DNA of 40,738 bases from a virus: positions 1 to 40,738 of the IMG/VR virus record IMGVR_UViG_3300012080_000003; one strand, 5' to 3'. Both the position numbers and the translations under genes were made by a program. Positions 38,398-40,738 of this stretch are shown in pieces. Numbering within the stretch: the first letter of the stretch is position 1; every line of letters starts with the position of its first letter. The notes below the pieces were generated by a model, which saw only the letters and a program-made list of their open reading frames with translations, had not been told where the DNA came from and did not search any database.

Positions 38398-39643
38398 CCA
38401 GCGCAGACATCTGCTCGAGCGCTTCCCGGATCCGTTTCCGGTGCATCGCGGAACGAGTCTTGTACGACCGTGACATGGCCCGGTCGGAGTGGCCGACGAT
38501 CATCGGGATCAGATCCTCAGGCACCTTCGCTTCGTACAGCAGATCGACCGCTGTGTGGCGGAGCCCGTGGAGGACCACATCCTTATCGATGCCGGTTTCT
38601 TCGAGGACGGTCTTCCACCGGCGCGTGTCCTGGTCTGGGTCGATCGGGCGGTTGTCCTCACGGGTGAACACCAACCCCCACGGGTTCGCCGGCCGTGATG
38701 CGATGTGGAACTCGATGATCGACCGCAGCGGATCCACCAGCGGGAGAATCCGCCAACCAGCGTTCGACTTAGGCCGCGTCCAGTACAGGCCACCGGTGAT
38801 GTTGCGGTAGTCATAGTCGACGGGGATGTCGAGCTTCTGATCTGGGCAGTCGGTGCCGCGTTTCCGACCGCACCGGTAGATGTCTTTCCCGTCGTCGGTC
38901 CGTCCGATCGGGTCGCCGCATCCGTGAGCCCAGGTGATGCGCTGCAACTGCCAGGAGAGGTCGAGGTCGTCGCCCACCCGGTCATGTTCGAGGCCGATGA
39001 CTTCGCCGCGTCGAGCACCGGTGAGGAGCCCTGTCGCCCACCGTGCGCCCATGACGGGGTCGTGGGAGATGTGTGCGAGGACTTGGATGGCTTCGTCTAC
39101 CTCGAACGCTTCCTGCTCGTTCTTCGACTTCCGTGGGGCGTCCATCAGCTTCGCCACGTTCCGCCCTACACGCCCCTCCCGAAGCGCGATCTCGAGGCCG
39201 CGGGACATGATCCGGTGGGCGTTTAGCGCGTACGTGGACGCCGCCCCACCAGCGATCATCTTGTCCTCCACCTTACGGATGTGGTTCGGCGTGAGTTTCT
39301 CGAGCTTCACCGTCCCGATGGTGGGGATGACGTGCCCGAAGATGACGGACCGGTATCCGCGTATGGTGGCGGGTCGTCCCGTCTTCTTCACGACCTCGTT
39401 GAACCAGTACGTGAACCATTGGGCGACGGTCATGTCTCCGGTGTGGAGGTCGCCACGGACGAGGAAGTCCCGTTTTGCCTTCTCAACCTTCTTGACCAGC
39501 TCGCGTTGATCCTTTGATCGCAGCACTTTCCGGCGCCGGCTCCCATCGGTTGATGGGAGTTCGATGGATGCTTGCCAGTACTTGAGTGGGAGGGAGCGGT
39601 CGGCGGGGACGCGGAAAAACGCGCCCTCGCCTTGCTTCCTCAC
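38330..39643 (-). CDS. int: Tyrosine integrase (437 aa)
   Basis: GARRGEV, HGLRHTAVD and GHSD...SRSY catalytic signature. GTG start at 39643. Lies adjacent to attR. Confidence 0.95.
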   Translation of the reverse strand: MRKQGEGAFFRVPADRSLPLKYWQASIELPSTDGSRRRKVLRSKDQRELVKKVEKAKRDFLVRGDLHTGDMTVAQWFTYWFNEVVKKTGRPATIRGYRSVIFGHVIPTIGTVKLEKLTPNHIRKVEDKMIAGGAASTYALNAHRIMSRGLEIALREGRVGRNVAKLMDAPRKSKNEQEAFEVDEAIQVLAHISHDPVMGARWATGLLTGARRGEVIGLEHDRVGDDLDLSWQLQRITWAHGCGDPIGRTDDGKDIYRCGRKRGTDCPDQKLDIPVDYDYRNITGGLYWTRPKSNAGWRILPLVDPLRSIIEFHIASRPANPWGLVFTREDNRPIDPDQDTRRWKTVLEETGIDKDVVLHGLRHTAVDLLYEAKVPEDLIPMIVGHSDRAMSRSYKTRSAMHRKRIREALEQMSALVSSPGGAHSGTPLAIESKPPTP

Positions 39644-39649
39644 GAGTTC

Positions 39650-39937
39650 TCACCCTTCCCGCGTGCCATGACCCTCCCCGGAATCGTGCGAATCACGGGC
39701 GAGCAGCGTGCGACACAGAACGCACGTGACTTCCGACGTGTCGCGGGTCGTTCGTGCGAACGATGCACCGCCGTTGCTGTGCAAGCTCGTCGGCGCGTCT
39801 CCGATCCAGTGCGTCGGCTCGGCCTCGAGATGACAGCCGCAGTCACAGAAGGCCCCGTGCACGAACGCTCCGCTCGAGAGCGTCGAGCAGCGCGCGGTGT
39901 GGGCGCGGTTGGCGAGCCACGTCTCGAGCGCGCTCAC
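39650..39937 (-). CDS. Cys/His-rich small protein (95 aa) immediately upstream of int
   Basis: GC3 is very high. GTGA overlap at 39934-39937. Pattern C...H..FCDCGCH...CVLC. Confidence 0.7.
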   Translation of the reverse strand: MSALETWLANRAHTARCSTLSSGAFVHGAFCDCGCHLEAEPTHWIGDAPTSLHSNGGASFARTTRDTSEVTCVLCRTLLARDSHDSGEGHGTREG

Positions 39938-40194
39938 GATCCCACCGACCCGGAATCGACCGGCTCGAGTTCCGCCCAGTCTGTCGCCGCCCGCTCGGCC
40001 AAGTCGGCGATGGAACTCAGCGGGACGACCTGTGCGATGATCGTCGCGTTATCCGCATCGATCGTCCACTCTCCCGCATCGTTGATCCGGCGTGCCGCCT
40101 CCTTTGCCCGACCTAGCGAGCGGTACGGACCGCATGCGTCAACGTTGAGAGTCCCGTCGAGGAAGACCGCGACGATGTACTGCCCCTCAGCCAC
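39934..40194 (-). CDS. Hypothetical protein (86 aa; 99 aa if ATG 40233 is used)
   Basis: ORF-track ORF 39934..40233. GTG 40194 would give a GTGGCTGA overlap with the candidate 46-aa ORF upstream. Confidence 0.6.
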   Translation of the reverse strand: MAEGQYIVAVFLDGTLNVDACGPYRSLGRAKEAARRINDAGEWTIDADNATIIAQVVPLSSIADLAERAATDWAELEPVDSGSVGS

Positions 40195-40327
40195 GATCCA
40201 CCCCCGTCCCGGAATCCGAGGATTCACTGTCACGACGACGCAACTCGGCGCGGATCATCCTGATGGCTTCCTCCATCGAGGCGATGTCCTCCTGCAGTTC
40301 GTCGTCCGTCAAAGCGCGCAGAGACAT
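40187..40327 (-). CDS. Candidate small helical protein (46 aa); not in the ORF track
   Basis: Product is MSLRALTDDELQEDIASMEEAIRMIRAELRRRDSESSDSGTGVDRG. Its GC3 is higher than that of the overlapping track ORF 40230..40436. AAAGG lies upstream. Confidence 0.35.
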   Translation of the reverse strand: MSLRALTDDELQEDIASMEEAIRMIRAELRRRDSESSDSGTGVDRG

Positions 40328-40577
40328 TGCGCCGCCTTTCGTAGGGCGGGGCTCGTTGCCCCGCGAAGTCTTCTGCTGATCGGAACCACCTCCGTAACTC
40401 GGGCGGGCTCCGTCGCCCGTACACCTCTTCTGTCATGCGCCGACCACCGGCCGTCGCTCAATACGCCGGTGTGGGTGGGTCTTCTGCGGGTGTGACGGAT
40501 AGGCTTCATCTGTCGCTCCAGCTCCTAACTGGTCCGACGCGAAGGCTCCGAGTTACCGCTCGGGGCCTTCACTATTT

Positions 40578-40601
40578 GGTGTATCCGAGCGGTGTATCCG
40601 A
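40578..40601 (+). promoter_or_regulatory. Two direct copies of GGTGTATCCGA, candidate integrase arm-type sites (right arm)
   Basis: Copies at 40578-40588 and 40591-40601 match the 11-mers at 108-130. Confidence 0.5.
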
Positions 40602-40693
40602 CTCGGTGCGCCCAATGTGGCTCATCGGGCGTATATAGACACCATAACGGTAGGAATCTACCTATTGCAAGTAGAAACGCCCATCACCTTTCA

Positions 40694-40738
40694 ACTGAAA
40701 ATCGAAAGGTCACCGGATCGATGCCGGTCGGAGCCACA
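40694..40738. repeat. attR core: right copy of the 45-bp direct repeat (displaced tRNA-Phe 3' segment)
   Basis: Identical to 1-45. The sequence upstream of it (40650-40693) cannot form a tRNA 5' half. Confidence 0.9.

Larger units (their letters stand above)
1..40738. mobile_element. Complete integrated temperate siphovirus-type prophage (attL to attR) in a high-GC actinobacterium
   Basis: 45-bp perfect direct repeats sit at both window ends. Between them lie a tyrosine integrase, an Xre/ImmA immunity pair, an early operon with WhiB, and a full terminase-portal-capsid-tail-lysis late operon. Confidence 0.9.

Noticed and set aside
40230-40436. 68-aa track ORF upstream of the int operon. The overlapping ORF 40309..40509 was considered with it.
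   Set aside because: GC3 is low (about 55 percent) and the composition is Arg-rich. It contains the gcggggc/gccccgc hairpin (40348-40366). The alternative frame 40187-40327 looks more protein-like. All three remain uncertain.
40621-40690. Similarity between catcgggcgtatatag (40623-40638) / ttgcaag near attR and catcgggcgcatattt (37556-37571) / cttgcaag in the immunity region. This was considered as a shared operator.
   Set aside because: The match is only about 14 nt with one mismatch, in AT-richer regulatory DNA, and there is no palindromic structure. It could be chance, so it is noted but not called.
1-40738. A search for CRISPR arrays, rRNA, transposase/IS elements, reverse transcriptase (retron/DGR) and large defence genes with ATPase, nuclease or Sir2/TIR-like motifs.
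   Set aside because: I saw no regularly spaced repeats and no ORF with recognisable motifs of these classes. The only repeats are the att cores, the arm-type 11-mers, the operators and the SE microsatellite.

Overview
The window is one complete ~40.7-kb temperate siphovirus-type prophage. The host is a high-GC actinobacterium, judged from a WhiB-family gene, frequent GTG starts and leaderless-looking promoters. The element is bounded by a perfect 45-bp direct repeat (1-45 and 40694-40738) that reads as the 3' part of a tRNA-Phe(GAA) gene, from the anticodon loop to the acceptor end.

Layout, left to right:
- attL/tRNA end.
- A ~3.3-kb accessory arm of lower GC with mixed strands. It carries an orphan M15 peptidase, an AT-rich divergent promoter with LexA-box-like palindromes, an RHH regulator, back-to-back promoters with twin palindromic operators, and a four-gene plus-strand cassette of small Cys/His-rich proteins.
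- The late operon on the minus strand (about 23270 down to 3432): HNH, terS, terL, portal, MuF-like protein, scaffold, major capsid, head-tail joining proteins, major tail protein, chaperones with an A7 -1 frameshift, tape measure, minor tail proteins, M15 endolysin, membrane/holin-like proteins, and three extra genes.
- A small island with a phage tRNA-Gln(CUG) and free-standing HNH genes.
- An early operon of about 40 genes on the minus strand (37509 down to 24640). Almost every junction is a stop/start overlap. It encodes Cro-like and Xis-like HTH proteins, a Bro-N/KilAC antirepressor, many tiny membrane peptides, a RecE-like PD-(D/E)XK exonuclease, WhiB, an Hjc-like resolvase, two HNH nucleases and a beta-class DNA methyltransferase.
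- A plus-strand Xre repressor plus ImmA-type metalloprotease.
- A tyrosine integrase co-oriented with three small upstream genes.
- attR.

I count twelve small coupled ORFs below the 60-aa cutoff of the supplied ORF track (eleven in the early operon, one at 17257-17403), plus lower-confidence candidates at 40187-40327 and 86-196. No rRNA or CRISPR array was seen.

The best candidates for something undescribed are:
- the operator-controlled plus-strand cassette together with the RHH pair (1611-3308);
- the orphan peptidase locus with SOS-box-like sites (344-1518);
- a reverse-strand 2-TM gene wedged between the tail chaperone and the tape measure (13677-13916);
- the cluster of mini membrane proteins (34419-35736);
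- the three genes upstream of int (39650-40327).

All functional calls rest on motifs read by eye, gene order and ORF coupling. No database search was run.
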